Assembly (NCBI GenBank): GCA_025594325.1
Contig: JANHCV010000007.1
Span: 1,302,001 to 1,366,000 of the forward strand
Reading direction: 5' to 3'
DNA length: 64,000 bases
Origin: Blastocladiella emersonii ATCC 22665
Taxonomy: Eukaryota; Fungi; Blastocladiomycota
Shown here: in pieces, positions 11,801-22,977 of the stretch
Layout: the number at the start of each line of letters is the position of its first letter
How positions within the stretch are numbered: the stretch's first letter is position 1
Translations under genes and position numbers: made by a program
Notes under the pieces: generated by a model
The model's database searches: none
Seen by the model: the letters and a program-made list of their open reading frames with translations, nothing else
What the model was told of the DNA's origin: nothing

Positions 11801-13530
11801 CGCTCCTCGACCGGTTCCGCCTGATGCGCAGCGCCCGCGCCGCCGCGAACACGGCGCTCGAGTCGGTACGTTGCTTTCTGTCGTCCTCGTTGTGAGGCTC
11901 ACGCTGACTTGATTGCCCACGCACAGGTCCGCAACGTCATGTTCTTCAACATGTTCAAGCTCTACGACTCGGTCGCGACATCCGTCGCCCTGCTCAAGAC
12001 GCAGATCGGGATCATGTCGGCGGCGCTCCCCAACCTCGCCTCGTGGGATACGGCCGCCGACATAACGCCGGCCAAGTTCCGACTGTACCAAGCACGGTTC
12101 CTGACCAACATCAACAACTACGTCGCCATGGACGCGACCCCGCTCGACGTCTACCGCATTGTTCTGCAGGCGGCGCAGATCACGCTCGCGTACACAGCAC
12201 CGGGCGCGTTCACCCCGGCCATCTGGACCTCGATCCCCGAGCTGCGGATCCTGACCGACAACCTGCCCAACGTGTTCGCCGGGCTCAAGGCTATCAGCCA
12301 GGCGAGCGTCGACGAGTACTCGAGCCTCGTCGCCACTAACCTCGGGATCATGACGCTGTGCTGCGTGTCGTCCGCTGTCTTTCTGTGCGGCGCTGGCATC
12401 GCCGTGTACCACTCGGTGCGTCGAACCGTCTTGCTTTCACGGCACCTGTCGCTGACGCTCATCAATTTTAGGTCGTCCACCGGTACTTTGTCAACGAGGA
12501 CCACGTCGTCACCCTGCTCCGCAGCCTGCCCAAGCGCGCCGCGTCGAACCTGCTGACGCAGATCGAGGAGGACATCGAGTCGTTCCGCGAAATCACCGAC
12601 GAGGACGACTTCGAGGCCAGCGACGCGGGCGAGGCCAAGCAGCTGTCGGCGGCGCGCGCCGCCGGAACTGGCCGCGTGGTCACGGACCGCCGGCGCAAGT
12701 TCAAGATCATGGTGCTGGCCGCGATCCTGGCCATCGGCGGCATGGCGGCGGGTATGTTCACCGTCACGATCCAGTCGTCGTCGCTGCAGAACGACATGGC
12801 GCGGCTCGTGCTGTCGAGCGACCGGCGGTTCAACGTGGTCGTCGCGCGCTTCTTCTCGCTCGAGTTCTACTCGCCCGACACGACCGTGTCGGCGGCGTCG
12901 TCGGTCCGCAACAGCCGGTCCGCAATGCTCGACCTGATCGACTCGCACTCGCGGCTGGTCCGCGACACGGACGGGATCGCGTCGATTTTGCCCGCCGACT
13001 GCATCTACCCGCGCAACTGCGACGTGCCGAGCAACTGCCCCGATCTGCAGGAGGACCCGGCGTCCGGGCTCACGCGGTCGGTCGCGTCGCTGCCCCTCGA
13101 CACCGAGATCCTGCGGTTCGCCGACGCCGAGGACCAGGTCATCAACACGATGGCCATGGCGACGACCAACATCTCGGACACGACCACGGCGTCGTACCGC
13201 ACGTGGCGGCTGTCGCTCGCGCTGGCGACCGACATCCAGACGCGGCTGACGGCCATGCACACGAGGTTCGAGCTCTACATGATCAGCCGCGTGTCGTACA
13301 GCTCGACGCTCTGCATCCTCATGTTCGTGGGAACGCTCGTGACCAGTGTTATCGCGATCCTTGTGTTCGTCGTGTGGGGCGTGCAGCGGCTCCGCCACGA
13401 GGCGCGCACTCTGACGGCGGTGATGCACCTGATCCCCGGCCCGATGCTCAAGGAGGCGCCCGCGCTGCTCAAGTTCATCGAGTCGGGCGGCGTCGCGCTC
13501 GACATGGACGCCGCGGGCGGTGTCGAGTAG
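8840..13530 (+). CDS. TmcB/TmcC-like (tiny macrocysts) multi-pass membrane protein with central TPR-like helical region; about 7 short introns
   Basis: N-terminal TM bundle (IVEDIQWLAFSW...), then a TPR-like block (HLAALYGIRDLWESVR...YTRLLVINPRDKNTLRSYAQFLHCVEAD), further TM pairs, and a C-terminal RHEARTLTAVMHLIP. Exon ORFs are separated by GTACG..YAG introns. Confidence 0.7.
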
Positions 13531-14159
13531 AGTCGGCTACGCCTAGGCACGAATAGACTTGCCTGATAAGCTGGTGATGACATGATATACGCTGTTCGTT
13601 ACTCCAAGACTCGAAGTGCGCCGAGTGTAACGGCAGCTCTCGTCCGACACATGAAACCCGCGGAACTTAGGCTACACACCACCACCGCCATCGAGTTGCG
13701 CGTCCACGAGCTACGCGTGGTCAACCCCGCATTGCTTTCCACCACATCCGCCAGCATGCCAGCATGCCAGCGCACAATGAACCGAGCGGCAATAACTTTC
13801 GGCATTCGGCAGCCTGGCAGCCTGGCACAGACAACTCGCTGTCGCATCAGCCGTGGACTTGGTCGCTTGATTCGTCTAGCGTTTTCTACTATGACTCTCT
13901 TTACATCTGTGATAAGGTCGATGTGGAAAGCGTTGCTGCATCAGTCAGTTTGCTTCTTTGATACAGCGAGCTCGTTCGCCTCTCATCTCCTCACTGCATC
14001 TCGCAATTTTCGCGAGCAAGGTGGAAGGGCTAATCTGAACACCCGATGCGTCGCGGCGTGCCATGTTTTGCCATCGCGATTGATTCGTTTCCTCACGTCG
14101 CTATGTACGCGCCGCGCCACTCACGTGTGGCGACCTCACGCGCCGCGCCACTAAATCGT

Positions 14160-14168
14160 AGTTGCAGC
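14160..14168 (+). repeat. Left 9-bp target-site duplication AGTTGCAGC
   Basis: Identical to 21505-21513 and directly abuts the TIR. Confidence 0.95.
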
Positions 14169-14185
14169 TAGTCTCGGTGCCAGAC
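14169..14185 (+). repeat. Left terminal inverted repeat TAGTCTCGGTGCCAGAC
   Basis: Exact reverse complement of 21488-21504. Confidence 0.95.
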
Positions 14186-14406
14186 TCCAGGGCAACGTGA
14201 CCTTCGAGGCGTTGTCAAGTCAATCGCCGCCGCGTGACCCGCGGGCGCTCGTTCGGATCGACGGTGCTGGAGTCTGGTTGCAGTTTGCGTGGCGCCACGC
14301 CTCGCCTGTGCTTTCGCGCGCCCGAAACCCCCCCCCCCCCGCGCGCTCTGATCGCGCTCTAGCTCCCCAACCGCCTGACCTATCGCCCTTGGCGTACACT
14401 AATAAA

Positions 14407-17355
14407 ATGGAGTACTCGATGCAACCTATCGATCCATGTCAGTTGCAAGGGGTCAAGTCCCGCGCGGGACTCGCGGGAGTCGCGAGAGATAATTCGGCTA
14501 GGGTCGGGCCCGCTGCGTCGATGCTCGCCCGACTGCCCCGCCCACTTCGCCCGTCTCCTCCCGCTCTCCTACTGCATCATGAAAGTCGAAACGCACTCTA
14601 TCGCACTGCCATGTCAGCTAATGCAATGGAATCCGCGGCGCAGGCCCGACCGGAGGGCCTGCTCCCGCACCATGACCAGATAGTCGAGACCGTCCTCTCG
14701 CTGGGTATCGACGAACCTCGACTCGAGCAGGAGCAGGTTCTCTCGCACCTGCTCGAGGGCCGTAGCGTGGTCCTCACTGCGCGGACCGGGTTCGGCAAGT
14801 CGCTCATCTTCCACGCGATGGCGCAGCTGCTTGATGGAGAGATCGTCGTGGTCTTGTCCCCTTACCGCTCGCTTCTTCGAGATCAGCTGAGTCAGACGCG
14901 CGCGAAGGGCATCGAGGCTGCATCGTTTCACTCGGACGTTGCACCGAGCGACCGTGCGACGTCCCTGGCTCGACTGTTTAATGGTGAGGTCCGGATTGCC
15001 TTCATGACGCCCGAGTACTACGTGAACAGTTTCCGCGCCGCTTGGATCTCGGAGCGACCCGCCACTCGCGTGGGCCTCATCGTCCTTGATGAGGCGCACC
15101 TCTTCGCGATCTGGTACGCAGTCTGAGCCTGCGTTCTCGTCGTTCGGAACGCATCGGCACGATGAACACGATGCTGAACGTTCTTCTCGCTCACTAGGGG
15201 CGATTCTACCTCGCAGTTCCGGCCCGAGTGCAAGCAACTGTTCAAGGCCCGCTCGCTGTTCCCCAATGCGCCTGTACTCATCATGTCGGCCACTCTTGGG
15301 AAAAGCTGGAGCACAACATCACTCGAACTCAGCTTCAGTTTGGCAGTGACGATTACGTGCTTGTTCGCGGTCCGCTTGACCGCCCCGAGATTTACATTCG
15401 TCTCGTCCGCTCCAAGCATGCGACGACCATTCGGGATCCGGGCTCTTACGTATGCGTCTGCGCGACATCGCAACGCATCGCTCATTCACTGACCACTAAG
15501 TCGCGCGTAGCATTACGAGTGGCTGCGCGACTACGTCATGTCTCTCAACCCTGCGAACGCGGCCAGCAAACCGCGCATTCTCGTGTACTTGTACGAACCG
15601 TTACTTGTCGTTGCCTTCTACGGCTACATGTGTGCGCTGAACCCGACCGCGGCCCCGCTTTTCGCGCATTACCACGGCGATCTCAATTCCGCGCACCACG
15701 AATCGGTGTACAACGACATGACAAGCAACGTTGAGCATGTTCAACCGCGAATTCTTTTCTCAACGCACGCGTTTGGCACCGGTGTCCATGTTCCCAACGT
15801 CCGCTGTGTCGTTTCGATCGGTAATACGCCATCCGGGGAGGAGGCGATGCAGATCATGGGCCGCGCAGGCCGCGATGGAAACCCGGCCGAGTTCATCATG
15901 TACTATGCTGCTCGCAGCGCGGCTAGTGCAGCCCCGCCAGCGGTCAGCTCCTCTACTTCAACCAGCAACAAACCGATGGACTTTGTTGTTGACGCCTTCT
16001 TCCAGGGCCATGGCATCGGCGCTCCAAACGAGGACGCCCCGCCACCAAAGAAGCGTCCAAACCTCGAGTCTGAGCCCGCGCATCTTGTCTCTGAGCCCGC
16101 GGATGCAGTTGCCTCTGATCTTGCGGTTTCTGCTCCCGCTCTGCCTCTGGATCTTGAGCAACCTTCTAACTCCAGCGAGAGCTCCCCTGTTTGCGCACGT
16201 TCCGTCTTGCTTGAAATGATCAATGGAGTTCCGTCCAGCGATCATCTTGACCCGAACATTTGCTGCTCGACCCATGGCCATCCGCGCATATCTCCGATTT
16301 ACAACTTCCATGTTGCAAGCGAAGATGCTCTGCATCGCTCGTTCGATTCGCTTCCTCCACCTCCATCATCCGCCCCTGCACCAAAACCAAAGACTCCTCG
16401 TTCTCGAGTGGCTGGGCGAAAGCTCAAGGGGTTGGAATCGCTCCGCCATTTCTTTTCGAGCATCGTTGACCTGACAAACGAGCTTGGCATTGAGTTGTCC
16501 GACTGCAACGGTCTCAACATGTTTAATGTCGCCGACTTTTTGTCGGACAAGGAACTGGAACGGATAACCGCCAATGCGCATGTCCTGGCCGTCGTGAATC
16601 CCGCGTTTGATGCAGATATCCTGACCCGCGACTATTTAACTCCAGATTCTTCGCTTTTCGTACCTGACCATGTGGGACGCCTTCTCGAGCGCATTCGGCT
16701 GGCTTACACCGGGGCGTTGCCCAAGGTCGTGCCTAAGAAGGCCACCAAAAAGGCTGCTACATCACGGCCAACCGAGGTTGCAACAACGCAGCCGACCACG
16801 CGAACGGGCAAGGGCAAGCGGGGAGGCAAAGCCCAGCCTAAAGCGACCCAGGTCGTCGACCGCATGGATGTTGACGATCCGATTGCTCCTGAGCCGCAAC
16901 TATCGGTGCCAGTTCCACTCTCCACGCCGCCGTCACTGTCGCCCGCAGTCTCAAACCCCGCTCCAGCTCCAGGATACGCGCCCCACTTTGCTCCCACGAA
17001 CATCCCGCTTCCTCAAGCTGCACCCTCTGCGACCTGGATTCCTTCTCATGCAGGCACGCTTCCCGCCCATCCGTATCCTCAACAATTCGCAGCTCCCCAT
17101 CCTGCCTCAGCTCCAGCTCCGTATATTTCGGCTAGTTCTGGCTATCCGACGTCTCCCCCGCCAACTCCTCGCTTCCCCGCCATCGACTTTTCGCCCGCAA
17201 TGGCTCGGTACTTGTCCGTCGTGCACGGGATCAACGTTGCTACTCCTCAGCAAACTCCGATCGGCAATACTCAAGCTCAAGCGCCGCCGTTTACGCACGG
17301 CGCTGCCGCGGACCAAGCAACCCAGCACCACCATCCCGCGCCACCTGGCGCGTGA
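14407..17355 (+). CDS. RecQ-like superfamily-2 helicase of the transposon (introns 15114-15197 and 15450-15510; one frameshift near 15298-15304; start may be 14611)
   Basis: Motifs: I ARTGFGKS, II LDEAH, spliced WGD..FRPE, III MSAT, DRPEI, V STHAFGTGVH, VI QIMGRAGRDG, and a Cys cluster CARSVLL...CCSTH. Confidence 0.88.
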
Positions 17356-17559
17356 GCCATGCATCTAGCCCAAATAAAAGGCTTCTATCATCATTTATTC
17401 TTGATTCGTCGAGTTTGAGTTAATTTTTGCGACCGAGTGTCTCGGTTCGTGCGCGTGCGAGACGCGTCGATCAAACACGTGACTGCTGCGAGACACTTCT
17501 CACTTCACTCGCCGAGGCGCGCGCGTCCGCGGAACGATGGAAATTCATATGTATTGCTC
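17356..17559. terminator. A/T-rich region between the convergent helicase and transposase stops (probable polyadenylation signals)
   Basis: AATAAA near 17372 and T-rich runs (tttattcttgatt, gagttaattttt) in an otherwise GC-rich element. Confidence 0.4.
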
Positions 17560-20500
17560 TTAAAATTCGTCGCTATCCTTGTCGAGCCCAGACAACTCGA
17601 TTTCAATGATTTCCTCCTCGGGGTGAGGGAAAGCGAGGAGCTCGTCCGAGTTGGTGCTACTCTGCTCGCCTTGCCCCGCAGCAACAGATGCAAGACTCGA
17701 CCCCGGCATGGGATGCTTCTTCGTCACGTCCGAGTAGTCCCAGAGATCTACCATGAGGCTGGCGTCTCCCATTCGCTGCCGCCCAATGATGCTGAACGCC
17801 TTGACGGTACCATCGTGCATGGGTTTCGGGTCGATAAGGCGCGAATAGATCAGGTCGACAGCCGGAGCACGGGCCTTGTCGCGAGCACGCTTATGGTAAG
17901 CGGACGGTGGAGAAATCGCGCACACGTTGTTGAACGTGGACTCGATGGCCTTAGGCTTGGGCATGGCGTGGACCAAATTGGCCGCACTGTCAAAGGTAAC
18001 GTTCGCGCCTGCGCTCTTGACCCCGATCTTGACAACACGGACGTGTTCCTCGACGTGGTGATCAATCGGGCGACAGGTGCCCGATTCCGATTTGGCGGAA
18101 TGCACAGAGCGGAGGTGAGTGGAGAGCAGGCGGTCGTACTCGGAATAGGCGCCAGCCTGACCACGGAGCTCGCTCATGATGGCGCGCTGGTAAACCTTGT
18201 GGTCCGAGCCAAGAAACGCGGCGAGAAGCGGTCGCTGGAGCCGAACCAGGGCGGGACCGTCGCCAGCGCGCACCGTTTTGCTGAAATCGCGGAGGAGGAG
18301 CGCGGCCTGCAAGAACTCGCCAAGAAAAATGTGTTGCTGGGCACTCGCGGGCATGGGAATGGTTTCCTTGCTCGAGGAGCCGGAACCACGCTTCGACGCG
18401 AGGGGATTATTGCTGTAGAAATGGAGATCGGCGCTAAATGAAAGACGGGACGTTGATTAGTGGGTTCCACGAAAGCTGAAATGCGCGAGCAAGACGTACG
18501 GTGTTTTATAGTACACCCAGTTGGTCATGATCTTGTCGATCACAACAGCAGCATCGTTGACAGAGAGCTTGTACGGGTCCGAGTCAGTCAGACCTCGAGC
18601 ACGCTTGAGCTCGGCAAGCTCAAGCTTGAAGAGCGCACGCAAATGACACTCAAGCTTTCGGGGACGTACAAGCACATGTCAATATCCAACCTGTTCCTAG
18701 TTTCAGCAGCTCAGGGAGGCGTACCAGCTCGTCGATGATCCGCATGCCGGCGTGATACGTAATCTTGGCACGTTTGAGTTCCTTGCGCTGAGTAAGCTGT
18801 TTGTACCACGAGATGGACAGCTGGTCGGTGGGCTCACCCCAGAAGCGGTTCACAATCGCAGCAACGAAGTTGAACATCGTGTGCCAGTCCGAGGTGATGG
18901 GCACAATGGTGCTCAAATCCCCTCCAAAGCCGCAGTACTGTCGAGCGGCCTTTGCGGCCCATTGCATGAGAAAGGTTCCGTCATCACCAAAGATGGGCTG
19001 CGTCGGGTGGCGACCAACGAGTCGCAGCACCTCGTCCAACACGTTGATCATGCCAGACCGCTCGCCTTCGTTCAGGTTAAGAATCTCGACCACGCGGATC
19101 ACAACCGGAAGTGTGACTGCGGGAGCTGTATTGGCGGGAAGCGCAAAGGCAGCGTGGCCAAGAACCCGAGCGTGGCCAAGGTCGGCCGCTGGCCCATCAT
19201 TGCTCGAAATGTAATGCGCAATTTCGCGCCGAGCGCGCTGAAGGCGGGCCGAGCGGTCTGCCGGAGGCTCCAGAATGGCCTTGAGAGAGTAAGTAGGGGA
19301 GCCAGGCGTTCGCATAGCCGGCGTATCGTGTGCGCGAAGCAGGGCATTTCGAAGCGAGAGCTGCTCGGGCGTGAACGCGAAGTCGCACGGCTTTGGGACC
19401 TCAAAGGACAGGACAAGAGTCCAATTGTGCATGACCGAACCGTGAATCGAGGTCGATTCAGATGGAGACTGGTAAACATTGACATTGTCCATGGCAATCA
19501 CGACAAGCGCTTTCGGATCAGCGAGGAGCTTCTTCACCGCGCCCCTGGCGCTCGTGGCCAGTTCAAGTACACATGCGCACGCTGGCCCGACCGCGAGAGA
19601 CGCGTCGGGCAATCACGCGAGTGGCACGCGCCGGCGGCGCCACACTTCCATTCACCGCCGGCGGACTGCCTCGCCGCGGGGTCGCACGCTCACCTCAAGC
19701 GAGCGTCTCCGCTCCCTCTGGTTTTGTTCTAGATCGCTGCTACTATTAGCCGTCGTTATACACCCTTTCCTCCCTTCTGCGTCTACCTCCTTCGCCGTGT
19801 CCATCACCGTCTCCGTCATCTCCTCAGCCTTCCGTGCATCGTGCTCAACCTTCCTCTCGCACCCTGCACCTGTACGCTTCAACTTGGCCGCAAGGTTGAG
19901 GCTCCGATGGTTAGACCAGTCGGACGCTGTAACCTTCAGCTTGTTGAGGATTTTAATGACTGCGCGTGAAGCCCCACTGAGGTAATCGAGCATCATTCCG
20001 AGCGCCAGGTGCAGCGCAGAGGAGTGGCCATGCAGGAGGAAGTTGAGCGTCGTGATAATGAACATGTACGAAAGCATGGCGGGCGTTACGATTGTGGATG
20101 TCCCAGCGCGCTTGGATTGCGCGGGCGGCGAGTCGGACTCGTCCGAATCGAAGGAACTAGCCGATTCGTCAGAAGCTGGCGTCGAAGGGCGAGCCGCTGA
20201 TTGTTTACGCGGAGGGGTGCTGATAGCTTTGAGTATTCTATAAAGCTGAGGGCAGATGTTCGCGCAGCGCTGGGCGATATCGCCCACGTTGAGCGCCTCA
20301 AAGTCGAGCTTTGTGCCAAGCTTCAGGTCGTTGGCGGACGCTTTGTTGAATCGTTCGAGCTCGGCATGAAGAAGCGGGATGGCCTCGGCGACTGGATCGC
20401 GGTCAATGGATGTATCGATCAACTCAAGCAGCTCACCCCACTCGCGAGTAACCGACTCCTTGGTCGCATTTGGAAGGACGGCAAGCTTAGTATTCGCACC

Positions 20501-20839
20501 AGTCGGATCCAGATCCGCACACAAGTCGATGTAGCCCTGGCGAAGGTCATCTGGCGTGAGACGCGCCAAGGCGGCCCTCGCGAGCAACTGACGATCAAGA
20601 GGTTTCCAGGGCGGGTCCCGCGGAATCGGTTGGACCATGCGACGCAAGAACCATCGACGAGGCTCCGAGTCGAGTCGCGTCCGGTCGCCCATCGACTGTA
20701 CAGGGTCAGGGGGACGACCACCGCTCGTTCCACTCCCGGCGGACGGTGCCGCGTCAGACGAGCTTGCCAAAGGGGCGGCCGCCGTCGACCTGCGAGATTT
20801 CTTGGTCATAAATGTCGGTTGCGATAGGTTAGGTTGCAT
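17560..20839 (-). CDS. Academ/DUF6589-type transposase, multi-exon (exon ORFs 19652-20839, 18650-19612, 18457-18675, 17560-18354; first junction uncertain)
   Basis: Motifs IAMDNVN, FGDDGT, SDWHTMF, RFWG, YHAG, TVRAGDG, FLGSDHKVY and SGTCRPIDHHVEEH follow the DUF6589 pattern (DN.N / GD..T / FH / R.GD / D...EH). GTACGC/GTACGT..AG introns join the later exons in frame. Confidence 0.82.
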
Positions 20840-21487
20840 AGCAGCTCACATGGAGGTGCATTCGTGGAGCTATATTGGAGAGAGCGAACGCGGTGGGCGC
20901 CGCGCGACTTGGCCCGCATCACTTCGTCCAACACCAGTCCCCTTGACCGAGGTCGACGCATTCAATGCTCATGAATCAGGAGGAGCTCGGATTCTCATTA
21001 TCCCGCCCAAGGATCGGGCCTTGAGAGTGGGGCGCGAGGCCGCGCGGCTCCTCCCCGCTCAATCATCGCTCCGACCACATATTTTTCACATCCATGGGTG
21101 TCAGAATAAAGCCAGAAGCTTGTTGTACTCACGTATTGCCTTAGTTGTGAAGTTCATGTCGCGGGGAGTGAGGGCGGCGCCGCGAGGGCCCGCGCTCGAG
21201 CGGCTACCACAGGGCCGCGGCCTTCGATCAAGCCTAACTCCTCAGCGGCGCGGAATCAAGGTTTGTGACTGATACGAGCGTGTAGCCCTTGCAGAGACGC
21301 GTCGATTGATATGCATATAAAGCCGATCGGGTAAGGGGTGCGGGAGCAGGAGGTTTAGAGCGCAGATCGCTTCTGGGCCGAGCAAACTGCAACCAGACCG
21401 TACGAGAGACGCGCCGTGCAGGGCGCGGTCATGTGACTCCGGAAACGTGACCCCCACGCGACCGCTCTGGCCAGCTGGATCCGCACG

Positions 21488-21504
21488 GTCTGGCACCGAG
21501 ACTA
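21488..21504 (-). repeat. Right terminal inverted repeat
   Basis: GTCTGGCACCGAGACTA, the exact reverse complement of 14169-14185. Confidence 0.95.
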
Positions 21505-21513
21505 AGTTGCAGC
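21505..21513 (+). repeat. Right 9-bp target-site duplication AGTTGCAGC
   Basis: Identical to 14160-14168. Confidence 0.95.
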
Positions 21514-22064
21514 AGGGCTCGGCAGCACACGGTGCGCCACGTTTACTTGCAGCACCTCACACGTGTGGGTAGCTGGTTCAAGGTTCAAGAACCACGAAAT
21601 GTGTATACCGCCGAAAGGAATCATGATCATGAATGCACAAATCACAGGAAAAAGTCCACAAGCGTCGCAGGGGCCGCGAAACGGATCGCAGTTTGAGGGA
21701 GTGGGAGAATTCTCCCGCTGATTCCACAGTTGATGCCGCGAGTTGTGGCACGGAAAACCGAGCAATTTGTTAGCAAGAAGCACCGCGAGTTTGGTGCGTG
21801 GATGACAGTAAGATAAGTCAAGGCACACGCCCTGGAGTACGAAACACACGGATCGAGCGACGAACAGGACTCAACGCGTCAAGTTGCGACGCGTCCCCCG
21901 TGTAGCGCAACGCGTCTCCAACGAACCCTGACCTTCAAAGCGCAATCTCCACGCGCAGAACAAGTCTTGCCGTACGAGTTTAATGTCTCCCCGGAGATTC
22001 TGTGCGCAGCGTCTCTATTTGTTCAGGACTCTCACATCAAGGATTTGATCAAACTCAATTGTTA

Positions 22065-22634
22065 TTAAGCCGAACAGGCCAATCCTTGCAGCGGGATTGG
22101 TCCATCGAGCCGCTGCCCTTCCTGTGGGACTGGGACATGCGCCATGGCTGTGAGCGGGACCATTCCGATTGCGCCCGTGCGCGTATTCCGACACTGTGCC
22201 CACCAGTCAGTAAACACCTGAAGCAGCACAAACTCGGTGTTGGGGGAGAAAGTGAGCTCGTCGGGCAGATGTCGTGTGAAGTGTTGCATCGCCACCCACG
22301 TCGCGCCAGGGACTGCCGCTGAGGGTAGCGGGCGGTTCTGCGAGGGCAAAATCGAGACCTTCTCAGACTTGATGTGCATAATCGGCACGAATCCGACGGC
22401 GCCATTAACCATGTTTTGGCACCGTGCCCAACCGTCGGCGTGAAGCTCAAGCACGGCAACTTTGTCGTCGCACTTGACAGCCAGCTCGTCGTACGATTGC
22501 GGAACAAAGTCTTCCTTGGCGACCCTTACACTGAGCGCCACGACTGTTGAGGGCAGAGGCCAGACGTTTCGCAAGTACGGAGTGAATGTCGAGGTCGGGA
22601 GAGAGTCCGTTGACGGAATCGGCGTGGACGGCAA
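22065..22634 (-). CDS. Tandem SH3-domain protein (last exon; probably extends to an acceptor near 22677 and has upstream exons)
   Basis: Two SH3 signatures: VAKEDFVPQSYDELAVKCDDKVAVLELHADGWARC...GFVP and VAMQHFTRHLPDELTF...DWWAQC...GMVP. Confidence 0.75.
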   Translation of the reverse strand: MPSTPIPSTDSLPTSTFTPYLRNVWPLPSTVVALSVRVAKEDFVPQSYDELAVKCDDKVAVLELHADGWARCQNMVNGAVGFVPIMHIKSEKVSILPSQNRPLPSAAVPGATWVAMQHFTRHLPDELTFSPNTEFVLLQVFTDWWAQCRNTRTGAIGMVPLTAMAHVPVPQEGQRLDGPIPLQGLACSA

Positions 22635-22977
22635 TTTGCAAAGTGGGCAGACAGCGAATATTTGGGGAAGAGTCGGCTACGGCGGACGAGCAAAAGGCTT
22701 TTATCGCATTCGCAGTCAATGAGTGCGCACAGTAGGTCGGACGTCAGGAAACGTGCATGTGTCCTGTATATCGTGCACTTCACATGTTATCACCGCGCGT
22801 CTCGCATCGCGTCTCGCCCCCGCCAAGCACGCAGGGCATGCTTTCAACATGCGATTCCATGATGCTCAGCAGAAATGACTCGCATGCGCAGCGCGTGACG
22901 ACGCGGAAATCAAATATATATGTAACGGCGGCGAGCCCAGAAATCCGCGCCGGTCAGAACACTCTTCCTTCCACTGC

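Larger units (their letters stand above)
14169..21504. mobile_element. Full-length AcademH-type DNA transposon (7,336 bp) encoding a RecQ-like helicase (+) and a DUF6589-type DDE transposase (-)
   Basis: Perfect 17-bp TIRs TAGTCTCGGTGCCAGAC / GTCTGGCACCGAGACTA. Identical 9-bp flanks AGTTGCAGC at 14160-14168 and 21505-21513. Internal convergent helicase and transposase ORFs. 5'-TAG termini, ~9-bp TSD and helicase cargo fit the published AcademH lineage. Confidence 0.92.

Noticed and set aside
13750-13827. Two 8-bp tandem duplications (GCCAGCAT x2, GGCAGCCT x2) as hAT excision footprints
   Set aside because: Replication slippage explains them equally well, and there is no associated element or terminal sequence.
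14328-14340. C13 homopolymer inside the transposon left arm as a functional element
   Set aside because: It is a single run with no counterpart at the right end, and homopolymer length is unreliable in assemblies.
15297-15304. Programmed -1 ribosomal frameshift at GGGAAAA in the helicase
   Set aside because: The zero-frame codons are GGG AAA, not the X XXY YYZ phase (G GGA AAN) needed for tandem slippage. A 1-bp deletion or sequencing error is simpler.
21502-21849. Minus-strand ORF whose stop is supplied by the right TIR, suggesting the transposon split a gene
   Set aside because: Rejoining across the TSD gives only ACG ATT TAG, so the frame ends two codons later anyway. The ORF has no recognisable motif.
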